Of a stretch of 64,000 bases of DNA, positions 13,070 through 25,379 are shown piece after piece. Source of the DNA: Chiloscyllium plagiosum. Its lineage: Eukaryota. The notes beneath the pieces are model-generated. The model saw only the letters and a program-made list of their open reading frames with translations. It searched no databases and was not told the DNA's origin. The position numbers and the translations under genes were made by a program. The DNA is taken from the NCBI RefSeq assembly GCF_004010195.1, contig NC_057718.1, positions 29,841,245 to 29,905,244 on the forward strand, read 5' to 3'. The first letter of the stretch is position 1, and each line of letters starts with the position of its first letter.

Positions 13070-13900
13070 GAGGGGTAGCAGGGCAAGCAATGTGCTGCAA
13101 CTGCAGAACATGGGAGCCTCTGGATGCTGGTATGAACCACAGCAAACACATCCACACCAAGTGTTTACAGGTGCTGGAAAGACAGCTCAGAGCTAATGAG
13201 ATGGAGGCTGTTAGCAAGTTTTGAGAAGATTTGGAGGTTGTACTGGAGTTTCTGCAGCTCCATCAGGAGGGGGAAAGTTAACTGGATACTTCATTCCAGG
13301 AGGTGGTCATACCCCTTAGGACAGGGGCATTTTGATTTGATCAATGATCAGGGACATGAGAGTAAGGGGTCCATAGGGATGTAGCACAGAACATTCAACC
13401 TTTGCAATTGTCCAACTGGTTTGAGTTTTCTCAAATAATTTCAGAGTTGATGTGTTTAGTCACCAAAGCACTGCAGTACAAGAAGCCATCTGGGGAAGTG
13501 ATCTTGCAAGAAGTGGGCAATGATAATAAAGGACAATATCGTTAGGGGGATTGACATTATTCTGTGCAGCGAAGTATATGATTTCAGATGTCATATTGTT
13601 TACCCAGGGCCAAGATCTAACTGAGCTAGAGAAGAACTTGCAGTGGGAAGGGAGTGATCCAGTGGTCATTGTTCATATCAGTGCCAATGACAGTGATCCA
13701 ACTAGAACAGAAATTCTGCTGATGGAGTTAAAAAGCAGAACTTCAGAAAAGTAATAATCTCCAGACTTCGACCTGAAATGCATGCAGATCAATAGAGGAT
13801 AAATAGTATTAGAATGTATGGTTTAAAGACTGGAATGGGAGAAGTGGGTTCTGGCTCTTGGACTGTTAGTACCGATGAAATCTGAACTGTTGGGATAGAT
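13070..13900 (+). mobile_element. Degenerate CR1 ORF1 (Cys finger + SGNH esterase-like)
   Basis: C..C..WE...KC pattern at about 13090-13170; WEGSDPVVIVHISAND in ORF 13551..13754. Confidence 0.6.
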
Positions 13901-13909
13901 AGAGCAAAA

Positions 13910-14460
13910 TGGAAAACTTCTGGAATAACCAGTCTCAAACTGTCCTGAAGGTATGCTATGAATGCATGCGCCATGCTGCTTCTACCAATTTGATTTTTCC
14001 AACTCATTACAAGATTAAAATCACCCCAACATGTTGCAGTACCCTTCTTAGAAGCCATCATTTCTTGATTTGGACTCTGTCCTATAGCACAAATGTGTTA
14101 ATAAGTTTACAAACCATTCCCACCAATAATATCATTCTTTACTAGGTCTTATTACCACCTAAATGGATTCTACATTTTGACCTTCAGAACCAAAGGTACT
14201 TTCTCACTACTGTACTGATACACACCATTTCATTTTCTTTCTGCCCTTCCAAAATATCAAATGTCTTTTAATATTCAGGTCGTGGCTGTGCTCAATTTGT
14301 AACCATTATGATCTCATATTAAACACACTTTTATTTGAGTTGTTAATTTGTTAAATGTTACAATTGGTGCCTATTCAGATATGCAGCATTTAATTCTGTC
14401 CTTTTTACCAGTTTCCCTATTCTGACTTCATTTGGTGGTACACTCTTATATTGTATTCCT
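13910..14460 (-). mobile_element. Degenerate CR1 endonuclease fragment
   Basis: GDFNL..W..QIG in ORF 13789..14061. Confidence 0.5.
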
Positions 14461-14573
14461 ACCTTTTGCACCTTGGTGATCAACAACAATGCAACTACCA
14501 TGCAGTTTTGCTTTATCCTCTAACTTTCCCAATCAATCCTCATATGGAATTTTCCCCACCTCCACCCCTACCA

Positions 14574-15209
14574 CAGAGGAACCTCGATTATCCAATATTA
14601 ATTATCCGAAGATAATTTCAAGGTCCCAATAGAAACATTACATCAAAGAATTGTTTCCAACACTGACGTCTTTTGTTTATAAGGATTAAAAAAGAACCCA
14701 GTTTACTGAAATGCTGCCGAGAGCAGTGCTGATCATCAATGGGAACCCAGACACTGTCTCCAAATGACTGACCGTTTGCACTGTCTCTCTCTCCCCACAC
14801 TTTCCGTGGAGTTCTACACAGGAGTGTACCCTAACCACCCCCTTCCCCAGATAATCTCTCCAACATTGTCCTGTACTGGGCAAAGGTGGAATCTGTCAAA
14901 AAGTTGTGTGCGCGCTATTTGGAGACTCATCCCACAAAGATAGTAGCAGTCTTACCGTTGGTGTCCAGTCTGGCTGCCCGGGGGTACGCAGGGGTGCACG
15001 GGGCTTGGTCAGATATGGGGCGGGGTGGACAGGGTTGTGGGAGGAGGAACTCGCACACTGTGTTGCCGCCTAGTCTCCAGAATGGGGAGTGGACTTAACA
15101 GAAAACTCCAAGCCCCAGAGGAGAGGCATTGAATCAATTGACTGAATGATCAATTATCCAAACAAAATAGTGCCCGCTAAATCTCGTTTGGATAATCGAG
15201 GTTCCTCTG
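14574..15209. mobile_element. Tigger/pogo-like (Tc1/mariner) MITE, 636 bp
   Basis: Perfect 22-bp terminal inverted repeats CAGAGGAACCTCGATTATCCAA / TTGGATAATCGAGGTTCCTCTG; TA on the right flank (15210-15211), CA on the left; no transposase ORF. Confidence 0.85.
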
Positions 15210-15677
15210 TATTTGGATTTGCCAGAATATTGCTCCCAGCATGGTTCAGATACAACTCCCTCTGTCCCTTGTACTGGTGCTAGTTGGTGCTCCTGGTCTA
15301 AAACCATTTCTCCAATCACATCCCAACTATGACCTACTCAATGATTATCTGATTTTATATGTTAATTTGTTTAAGGCTCAGGTTGTATTTTTCTCCCTAA
15401 TTGATCACACTCCAATCACCAATGCCTCTTTCTTCTTCCCACCTTTATCACTGTACCAATGAGAACCATGGCAAATGGATCATTATCCTCCCAAAATTCC
15501 TCTCCCGACCTCCATTTTCAATCTTGATGCAGGCAGATAACAACCTTCAGACCAAATTTAGGAACACAGAAATAGTAATAGGCCATTTAGCCACTTGAAC
15601 CTGTTCCACCAATCATGGTTGATCCATGGTCGAGTTCCACATATCTGCTTTTGACTGCAATACTTTTGTATCCGAGG

Positions 15678-15975
15678 GGAGGCAATGGCCTGGTGGTATT
15701 AGTGCAATACTATTAAATTTAGAGACCCCAGCAATGATCTGGGGACCCAGATTCAAATCCCGCCATGGCAGATAGAATTTGGATTCAATTAAAAATCTGG
15801 AACTAACAGTCTAATGGTGACTATGTGTTGACTGTCAACAAAACTTATCTCGTTTACTAACGTCCTTCAGAGAAGAATACCTGCCATCCAGGTCTGGCCT
15901 ATGTGTGATTCCAGACATATAGTAACATGGTTGACGCTTAAATGCCGGTCTAGCCAGCAATGCCCATACCCCTTA
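15678..15975 (+). mobile_element. tRNA-derived SINE (family unassigned)
   Basis: A-box-like tggcctggtgg, B-box-like gattcaaatcc, body ...ggtctggcctatgtgtgattccagac...; same family in reverse at about 31990-32130 and 54945-56345. Confidence 0.7.
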
Positions 15976-16529
15976 AACAAATTCAAAAATTAACAAAAAA
16001 TTATCACAGCTTTAAAATTAACCCCTGTTTCCATACTGTAATGTAATCTAATCAATGATCCTGCATACACTAGTGTTTGTTGAAGAGTGTTCCACCTCCT
16101 ACCATTTGTTGTTTAGGGATGCTTTCAAAAATCCCTCCTGAACATCTAGACCTAATTCTCATACTCATTGATCTTGCTCCAATAAGAATTAGAAGACCTA
16201 CTTGCAGTACCAGTCTCAAAAAACTTGTTCCATCAAGTATCAGCATAACATCTACGCAAAGACCATTTGTAATCAAAACCAAATCAGAATTCTAAATAGA
16301 ACAAATTGTCTCAGAATATCTTTCACGAAATTACAATCAAATTTGCATGAATAGATTTGCATGAAACAGATACTAGAGTAGCCAACATTCAAAGTTTTTC
16401 ATGTCATCCCTAAATAACTTCAGACTTGAAGGCTATTTTAATTTTTTTCATCAGCATTACGTTTAAAGTATTACAATGTTTAAAGAAAAAATTAGCAAAA
16501 CCATGAAAGATAACAGAAATCTTGCAGCA

Positions 16530-17520
16530 ATTACTAGCCAGACATCAATAGGAATTTGAAACAAATAGTTGGAGAAGCTCAATATGTCTGGCAGCATCTA
16601 TGGAGAGAAAGTAGAAATCAACACGTTGGGTTCAGTGACCCTTCTTCAGAACTGATTGTAGTTAGGAAACAACCAGTATATACGTTGAAGGGGTAGGGTG
16701 GTGGAGGTGGGTGAGGCAGGCGTGTCTGTGTGCGCACACAGTGATAAGTGATGTGGGAGATGAACCTAAAGACAGGAAAACAGCAGCTGGACAAAGGAAT
16801 GGATAATGGTGAGCTGGGAAGAAAGAAAAGCTACTAAATGGGGTCAAGTTGGTGAAAATGGGTTGACTGTGCTGAAAGCAGCCCATATGACGACAAAATC
16901 TGGTGTGTGGCTGGGCAAGGGAATGAAAGGTGATGTTAAGTTCCTAAATCATTGAACCCAATATTGAGTCCTGAAGGCTACAGGGTCTCCAAGCAGAAAA
17001 TGAAAGGACTTGGCATAAATGGATCATGTGAATCATAAGACACCATTTCCAAGAACTCTATCAAGATGCTACCACCAAACACATATTCCCTTTGTCTCCC
17101 TTGTCAGCCTTCAGCAGGGACTGTTCCCTCAGAATGCTCTGGTGACTCCTTCTCCACTCCAAACACCTCCCCACACCCCTCATTATCTTTCCATTTAATC
17201 GCAGCAGGTGCAACATCTGCCCGTTTACTTCCTCATTCCTCACCTAAGGCACCAAATACATGTTCTAAGTGAGGAAGCGATTTACCTGCACCTCACTCAA
17301 TCTACTCTACTGTATATGCTGCTTACAATGGGGAGATGAAACACAGATTGGATAATCACTTTTTGAAACACCAATGTTCTGTTCATAAAAAGTACCAGAA
17401 GCTTCCAGATGCCTGCTATTTCAACACTCCAACATGTTTTTTGGACATGCAGTTTTGCTGCAGTGCTCCAGCAAATGTCAGCACAAGCTGGGAGAACAGC
17501 ATGTCATGGGAAGCTACTTC
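16530..17520. mobile_element. Old PLE fragment with inverted halves (minus-strand tail, plus-strand GIY-YIG)
   Basis: Minus strand CTGAAGAAGGGTCACTGAACCC at about 16628-16649; plus strand FTC.S..L.YC..C and GE.K.RL..HF. Confidence 0.6.
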
Positions 17521-18394
17521 TGTCATAGATGAAGTAACTAAGGATTTGAACAACTACGAACTATTCTGAGTTGGTGTGGCTCAGGGAGAAATATCTAACT
17601 CTTACACTTAAATCTTTCTAAAGTGACCTTTATGTATTAGAAATCTATCCATTAAATTACCACAATTTCCACATCACTCCCTGTCTATGTTTATACTTCC
17701 CTTAAGCCTCCTCACATCCTTCATTCAATAATCACACAACTGTCTATTTTCCCTCATAGGCCAGTTCCTACCCATCAAGTACATATATATTTTGCCACCT
17801 CAACAACCAATTCTGACTGGGATTTCCACATTCTCACCATTTTGCACAAGGAAATTTATTCTGAATTTTCTACTTGGATTTCTTGGCGATTGTCATATTG
17901 ACAGCCTCTCAAACTGCTCTTCTCTATAAATGAACACTAGAGGTACATATGAAAGGAACATCTTAAAAAAGGCAGCCACCATCACCTCATGGAGTCAGTA
18001 GATGAGGAATTCAAACAGATGAGAAAAGAGCTACACAGCACACAGTCAGAGGTAAAGCTAGATTTTTTGGACCCAACTGGAGTCAGTTCTTGATCAACTA
18101 CAGAGAAAGAAGCTGGCTGTTTATTAAGTCTCTGGTTAGATTTTTAAGAATACAAAGAAATCTTAAGATGCCACACAAAGTGATAAAGTCAATAACATAC
18201 ATAAAAGACAACATACATGTGATAAATACATAAATTGATAACTAAAATACATTAAGGAAGTTGAATTTTCCCAGGTAGTGACTAAGTATGTATAGGAAGT
18301 TAGTGCAGTTGATGACGTTTTATGTCATATCCATAAACTTCAGTAAGGCTTTTGACAAAATCCCACATGGCAGACAGTTCAGAAAGCTAAGACC

Positions 18395-18755
18395 CTCTCT
18401 CACTAGTATCCTCACATACAGATGAGGAAGGACACCACTTCGACTGGGACAACACATCCATCCTAGGACGAGCCAAAGACACGCACGAGAGTTCTTAGAG
18501 GCATGGTATTCCAACCGGAATTCTATCAACAAACATATCAAGTTAGAACCCATCTACCACCCCCTGAGAAAAGGAACAGGAACTGACTTCACCACAGAAA
18601 ATATCACCAACCCAAAGGAACCCAAACATATAAACAGAAAGCAGGAATTTTCAGCCTTGCTTCGCCTGAGGCCCACTGAAGATGTTACCTAGTAGGGTAA
18701 TGAAACGTCTGGAAATGAACCTTCCAGCTCAGTGAGCAAACCTACATCCAAAACT
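18395..18755 (+). mobile_element. PLE 3' fragment (family D, GIY-YIG C-terminus + tail) inserted in CR1
   Basis: Plus-strand peptides with a frameshift: H..DEEGHHFDWDN and HAREFLEAWYSNRNSINKHIKLEPIY; hammerhead downstream. Confidence 0.8.
18673..18712 (+). ncRNA. Minimal type I hammerhead ribozyme (PLE family D)
   Basis: Stem I CCA/UGG, CUGAAGA 18676-18682, stem II GUUACC...GGUAAU, GAAAC-GUC 18702-18709. Confidence 0.75.
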
Positions 18756-19276
18756 CCATTGGGTCCAGTACACTTTAGTAAACTGGATCCAAAATTAATT
18801 TAGTGACAGCAAAGAGGATGATAGTCAAATGGTGTTTATGTCGCTCAAATGTTGCATTCAGTGGCATGCCACAGGCTTATACTATTAATGACAGGGCCTT
18901 GGGTAGTATTGTAGAACAGAGAGAACTATAGGTTCAGGTACATAATTCTTTGACGCTTGCATCACAGATAGGGTGGTCAAAAAGGCATTTAGCACACTTG
19001 CCTCCATTGTTCAGTGTTTGGAGTATGAGTTGTGAAGACATGTTGGGGATGTACAGGACATCGTTAAGGTCTCTTCTGGAGTATTGCATCCAGTTCTGGT
19101 CACCCAATTATCGGAAGGATATTATTAAGCTGGAGAAATTTAAAAAGAGATTTGCACATATATTGAGTTATAAAGAAAGGTTGGGACATTTTTCACTGGA
19201 GTGTCGGAGGTTAAGAGGTGACATTATCGAGGTTTATAAAATCATGAGGGGTACGATAGGGTTAATGGTAGGTGTC

Positions 19277-19354
19277 GAGAGTGTGGTGCTGGAAAAGCAC
19301 AGGTCAGGCAGCAGAAGAATCGACATTTCGGGCAACAGCGCTTCATCAGGAATT
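19277..19354 (-). mobile_element. 78-bp PLE-tail (hammerhead-only) insertion in CR1
   Basis: Minus strand CCTGATGAAGCGCTGTTGCCCGAAATGTCG; TSD gtgtc at 19272-19276 and 19355-19359. Confidence 0.75.
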
Positions 19355-19644
19355 GTGTCTTTTCCCTTGGATATAGATTTCAAGTGTTGGGGACATATTT
19401 TAAAGATGAAAGGAGAGAGAGATGGGGCACTTTTTTTTGTTCACAGAATAGTTCGCATGTTGAATTAACTTTGAGGAAGTGGTGGATTACAATGTTTAAA
19501 AGACACAGATAGGTACACGTCAGGAAAGGTTTGGAAGGATATGGGCTAGGAACAGGCAAGTGGGATTAGTTTAATTTGGGATTACACCCAGCATGGACTG
19601 GTTGAACTGAAGCGTCTGTTTCCATACTGTATGACTCTGCAAGA

Positions 19645-20670
19645 CCATAAAACATAGGAACAGTAATAGGCCATTCAAAGCAGAGTCTGCTCCAACATTC
19701 AGTGAGATCATGGCTGATCTGATCATCGTCAACTCCACCTTCTTGTCTTTTCTGACCAAACCTCGATTCCTTGGTGATTAAAAATCTGTTCATCTCAGCC
19801 TTGAATATACTCAATGACACAGCCTCAACAGCCCCCTGAAGCAAAGAATTCCACAGATTTATTCTCTCAGGAGAATAAATTCGTCCTTACATTTTAAACG
19901 TGCAACACCTTATTCTGGGATTTTGGCCTCTGGTCCTAGATTCTCCTGCAAGGAGAAACTTCTCCATATCTACCCAGATTTTGCATTTCAATAGGTCACC
20001 TCTCATTCTAAATTCCAATGAATACTGGTCCAACCAACTGAAATCTCCCAAGACAGTCCCTCCAGATTTGCTATCAGCCTAGTGAACCTTCTGTGGACTA
20101 CCGCCAATGCCAGTATATATTTTCTTAGATAAGACGACCAAAGTATTCCAGTGTGATCTGAATAACCTTACACAGTTTAAGCAAAATCTTCCTAATTTCT
20201 TACTCCATTTTCTTGGAAATAAAGGCCAACATTCCAAATGTCTTCCCTATAACCGAACTTGGATGTTTGCTTTTTGTGATTCATGGACGAAGACTGCCAA
20301 ATCCTTTTCTTCATTCATGACCTGGATGAGGAAAGTGAATACATTTTTGGCAGGTTTGCAAGTAAGTGGGAGTACAGATATCGCGGATGACATATGACAC
20401 CTGCAGAGCAGTATAGGTAGGTTAAGTGAGTATGGTAAATAATATGGTCCCAGCATTGATCCCTTTGGCACACTAGTTACAGGTTACCATCTGAAAATGA
20501 CTTCTTATCCCAACTCTGTCTCCTATTAGTTTTCTGAAAATCCAAATATATTACATCCACTACACCCCCTTTATCTATCTTGTTTGCAACCCCTTCAAAG
20601 AATTCTCGTAAGTTTGTCAGCACAATTTGCCCTTCGTGAATTTGTACTGTTTCTGCTGACCATGCATTAG
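19645..20670 (-). mobile_element. Rearranged CR1 fragments
   Basis: Reverse-complement CR1 3' end accataaaacataggaacag; LTNL.EFFE and DVIYLDFQK in ORF 20477..20731. Confidence 0.7.
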
Positions 20671-20689
20671 AATATAGAACATGCAACAG

Positions 20690-21500
20690 TACAGCTATTT
20701 CGAATGTGTGCACTTCTGGATGCCATTTCATCCAGGGAAAACACAGCTAGTATAAGTGTTTGAAGTTTAAGCATCTTCAATTCAAGAGTTCATGAGCTGG
20801 AAGCTAAACTACAGTCATTGCAGCGCATCATAGGAAGGGGTGGTTACAGAATTCCTTCCAAAGGGCAATCAGAGAAGGGTCTTCTAACTTGGTCAGTGGT
20901 GAGCAACAGGAGGGTGCGACTGTGAATGAGGCAGTTTTAGGGGTCCAGAGGGCAGGAGTGTCAACATCTGCAATTGTCTAATAGGTGTAAGTTTCGCTTT
21001 GCCTGTTTGGATATGCAAACTGACCATGGCACTGCAGTACAGAAAGTTATTCAAGTGGGGGGGTGGCATCAAGGAACATAGGAGTAGGTAACAACAGATT
21101 GATATCTCTCTTCACTGCAGAGAATGATAATTCAGATGCCTTCCTGGTGCCACAGTTTCAGACATTAATTCAGATCTGGATAGGGACTTGCGATGCAGTT
21201 CTTTGGGGTTTGGCGGGGGGTGGCAGAGAGATAGGGTGATGATAATCTGTGAAAGCACCAACATGGACAGAACTAGGAAAGAAGTTCTGCAAAGAGAGAA
21301 TGAGGAACTAGGCACTAAATTACAAAGCAGAACCTCAAAAGGTTGATAATCTCTGGACTGTGTCTGATCAGCATTCAATTTGGCAGAGAGTGTATGTAAT
21401 TAACAAGATGAATATGTATCTCAAAGGCTGGTGTGGGAGAAGTGAGTTCCAGTTCCTGGGCCAGTAGCATAAGTACGGGAAGTACTATGCGAGAACTGTG
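20690..21500 (+). mobile_element. Degenerate CR1 ORF1 (SGNH esterase-like)
   Basis: CLPGATVSD motif at about 21137; organisation parallels 13070-13900. Confidence 0.5.
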
Positions 21501-21749
21501 CTGGGCAAGTGTTCTTGCAAATCACATAACTGCACAAGTAGAAAAGGTCTTAAACTACATAGTAGGGTCAAGAGATCAAACATGAAAAGATATAATATCA
21601 AATACTGGAGACAGGATAGGAAAGTAGAAGTATGCAAAATGAGGGTCAGAGAATGGAAGCAAGGGGAAAAGACAGAACAAACATCAGAATACAATAATCA
21701 AGACTCGAACAGGAAAATGAATGTTAGATGAAAAAAATTGCTTGAAGTC

Positions 21750-23690
21750 AAAAAATACAAGACTTAAGGAGGACCAGACAGAGTTCATAAAAGGTCACAG
21801 ATCGACAGATAATATCAGATTATTTAACATGATCCAAGTATGTCAACAGTGATCAGCACAGGGATTGGTGATCTCCTTAGATGTGGAAAAGGCATTTGAC
21901 AGGGTCGAGTGGCCGTATCTTTTTTATACTTTAAAGCAGTTTGGCTTGGGTGCGGCCTTCATCAGGTGGGTGGAGGTTTTATATAGTGACCCTCTTGCCA
22001 CAGTCCTCACCAATGATGTGTGGTCAAGCAGTTTCAAAATTTGTAAGGGAGGTCGATAGGGCTACCCTTTCTCACCATTGCTTTTCACATTGGTGATCAA
22101 ACCATTGGCAGTGGCAATACGTAGGGATCCCAATAAAACCGCTCCAGAAGTGAGGTCGAAGTCACATAAGATGGCATTGTATGCAGATGGCGTTCTTGTC
22201 TACTTATCAAACCCAACAGTCTCAGTGCCACACCTGATACAAGACATTATTTTATTTGATGGCTTTTCTGGTTACAAGATCAACTTTGAGAAATCAAAGG
22301 CCATGCCCAAAGTTGGTCTCTCGAGAGTGCCTGATCCTGAGGGCGGATCTCAGTCCCACTTTAGATGGTCGCAGGAGGGCTACCTCTACGTAGGTTTATT
22401 TATTACTCCCGTTTTTGATCAACTATTTGAAACCAATTTTGTCCATTTATTTGACAGAATCAAGCAAGACCTTGGTAGACAGGAGGTGCTTCCACTGTCT
22501 TGGTTAGGTTGGATAGCCCTCATTAAAATGAACATTCTGCCCTGCCTGTTTTATACAATGCAAATGCTTCCTCTGCTTTTTACTAAGCAAATATTTAGAA
22601 GACTGAGTGATGAAGTTCTTTTATCTGGTATCGCAAGCAACCTCTACTTAAATTGACTAAATTGCAGTTCCCTTTCAGACTGGGAGGATGCCTCCACTCA
22701 CTTGGTTGGGCATCGAAGCATTTCAGGCAAGATGCCCTCTTATTAGCCTGCTGTTCTTAGACAGAATGAGAACAGTTAAGGAATATTGCCATTGCTCAAT
22801 AGTCATCAATAATGTCAAGGCATGGAGGGCAACCATCAGGGTAAGGACAATATTGCCATAATATAATTTTTGATGCCCACAGTTTGTTTGCTGGGTTTTC
22901 TGCCAGGGATGATGGACTTGGGGTTTAAACCCCATGGGCAGCTAGGGGCATATCTTACCTGGGAGATTTATTCAAAGGGGACATATCAATTTCCTTTGAC
23001 CAGTTGGCTCGGAAATATGAATTGCTCAGTAGGGACCTCATTTATTTCTGTTCAAATTAGAAATTTCATACAAAAAGAGACCATACTTCTGATTCTTACA
23101 GATCAGACATGGAGAAGAGGGTGTTCAGTGTTGAGGGCACATTATCTCTTTGCAACACTTATCTATTGGGAGGGGGTCCCTCGGACGAGATCAAACGGCT
23201 CTGTACGGTATGGGACAGGTAGCTAGATGTGGAGATCTCTTCTGAAATGTGGGAGGATATCTGGGAAAATGCCAGAAGAATCTCTATTTGCAACAGGACC
23301 CATGCCTTGCAATTGAAGATTCTCCACAGGGTCTATCTGGCCCCAGATCTCCATGCCAAATTTATTGCAGGAGCATCTCCAATGTGTCTTAAATGTAAAT
23401 ACTTACTCATTATCTTCGGTCTTGCCACAGACTGCATGCATTCTGGAGTGCTGTGGTAGGTGAAATAGAGAAGGCCTTGGGTACAGAGGTGGAGATGGAC
23501 CCGGTACACACAAAAAAAAAGAAGACGCTTTTGAGTATCCTCATTTTTTCTGCAAGAATGAACATTCTATTAGGGTAGGTGTCGGAAAATCCCCCGGGGC
23601 TGGCGGAATGGCCTAAGTTAGTCATGGAGCACAACCCCTTGGTCTTTCTTACGAGTATGGTGCACCATAAGCCTGAGAATTTACAGAGAA
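21750..23690 (+). mobile_element. L1-clade LINE ORF2 fragment (RT to C-terminal Cys domain)
   Basis: [21 protein letters not shown](D)VLVYL, SGYKINFEKS, ALIKMNILP, LQLKILHR.Y...C.KC; clearly homologous to 35450-37500. Confidence 0.9.
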
Positions 23691-23699
23691 TTTCCATGG

Positions 23700-24860
23700 C
23701 TATATAAAGGCTCTTAGTATGGCAAACAAATCTGTACCTAGGTAAACCAAAAAGGGCCGCCACATAAACATCTAAAGATGAACATTACATGGCGTGTGGG
23801 CATAGAGTGGAGATGTTATCATGTAGTAGGGTCTGGCAGGCTACATTCCCCAAATTATTCCTGTTACTATGCAGACCTCCAAAGTTCACATCAACAACTT
23901 CTGGAACCAGAAGTCTATACACTCGCATGTCAAGTGGCCTTGCAGCTTAGAGGGAATGTTGCAAGCAGAGATGCCCAACACCAAATGAAATCGGATGTTG
24001 GGATTATATGTTAAGGAATAATGGAGTGAGAACTGGATATCAATGCAGAACAAGGAACCGAGTTTTGTGATGTAGGAGTTGAAATAAAACTGACTAAAAA
24101 GATCTCTACTTGGAAGCTATCTAAACAAATTTTAATCCCTATCAGCTGTTGCAGAGAATGTTTTAGCTGTTGCAAGTCACAATAAAGCCTCAGAAAAAGA
24201 TAAAGCAGCTTCCAAAATTAAACTTAAGAGACTGCAAATTCTAGTTGGCAAGCTGCATTAGCTGGGTACCCAAAAAGGTGAGATGCTAGTTTAAGTCTTA
24301 CAATTGAATATAACCATGAAAAATCTCAAGGTAGAAAACAAAACTTACGAAAAAAAATTTAAAATGTAGCATTGGGTTTTGAAATTTCTATCATTGGGAG
24401 TTGCCAGGAATATGGAACTGATTGTTTTAGTGATGCTTCTTACACATATCTCTGCAATGTGTTCTTGAGTGCAGGAGGGTTGAAAGTTCTTTCAGTATAG
24501 TTGAAGGCTTTTTTAGGTTGGGGAGTTAAAAGGATCATAAACAGTCAAAAATACCTTTTCAACAGAAATTCACACTTGTTGAGGTGATAGATATAGTGTT
24601 TTCAATTCACAAAAATATTGGAAAAAATTCCATAAAGGTGTGTCAGCAGTTATTATGCACTGAGTGCTTCAGCGATCTTAGGCACATTGACACATTCAAC
24701 AAAATGCACGAGTGAAAAAATTAAAGGATTGATATTGCAGTTTAAATAAATTGAGGACATAGAAATTCCAAAATTCAAAGTCGATAGCAGCAGTCAATAA
24801 TTTGATTGCTTTAACAAAGAAAGGAGCAAACTTTACAAGTGTAAGTACTGGAAAAAGGAC
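23700..24860 (+). mobile_element. Fossil Ty1/Copia (GalEa-like) RT C-terminus and RNase H
   Basis: With frameshifts: LKFLSLG...MELIVF-SDASY...SAGG (24379-24479), VKNTFSTE..LVEVID (about 24544-24595), HSTKCTSEK-L-RIDIA (24693-24739), VDSSSQ*FDC-TKKG (24780-24825). Confidence 0.6.
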
Positions 24861-25379
24861 ATTTGGAATTCAAATGAGCATAAAATGGAAATATCATCAT
24901 TGTATTTTCTTTTTGTTAATTCTTCATTACTAATCTATTAACTTACTTCATGACTGAAAAGGGTGAATCTATCAAGTAGGATCTGGCAGGGTTGCCAAAG
25001 ATGAAATAGAACTGAAAAACAAGTGTTCTTAAGTTCATATGATATAGGAGCAGAATTAGGCCATTTGGCCCTTCGGGTCATGGTTGATACTTCAACATTT
25101 TCCTGCCTTCTCTCCATATCCCTTCAGCCCATTACCAGTTAAAAATCTGTCTAACTCCTCCTTACATTTACTCGCTGTCCCAGCATCCAATGCACTTTGG
25201 GGTAGTCAATTTCACAAATGGATAATTGGTGAGAACTGGGTATATATTTCAAAAACAAGTCAACAACATATGGAAATTTTGTGGTACTGGTTAAGTAAAA
25301 CCATGACTAGAAAAGTATATGCCTGTACTCAAGCTATAACCTGGTCTCTATCTCTGGTGTGCATCAGGAGAGCGGGAAT

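Larger units (their letters stand above)
18285..19640 (+). mobile_element. Degenerate CR1 ORF2 and 3' end with two nested PLE tails
   Basis: FSKAFDKIPH at about 18340; LEYCIQFWSP.YRKD and RRLRGD.IEVYKIM in ORF 18950..19468; tail ctgtatgactctg. Confidence 0.8.
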
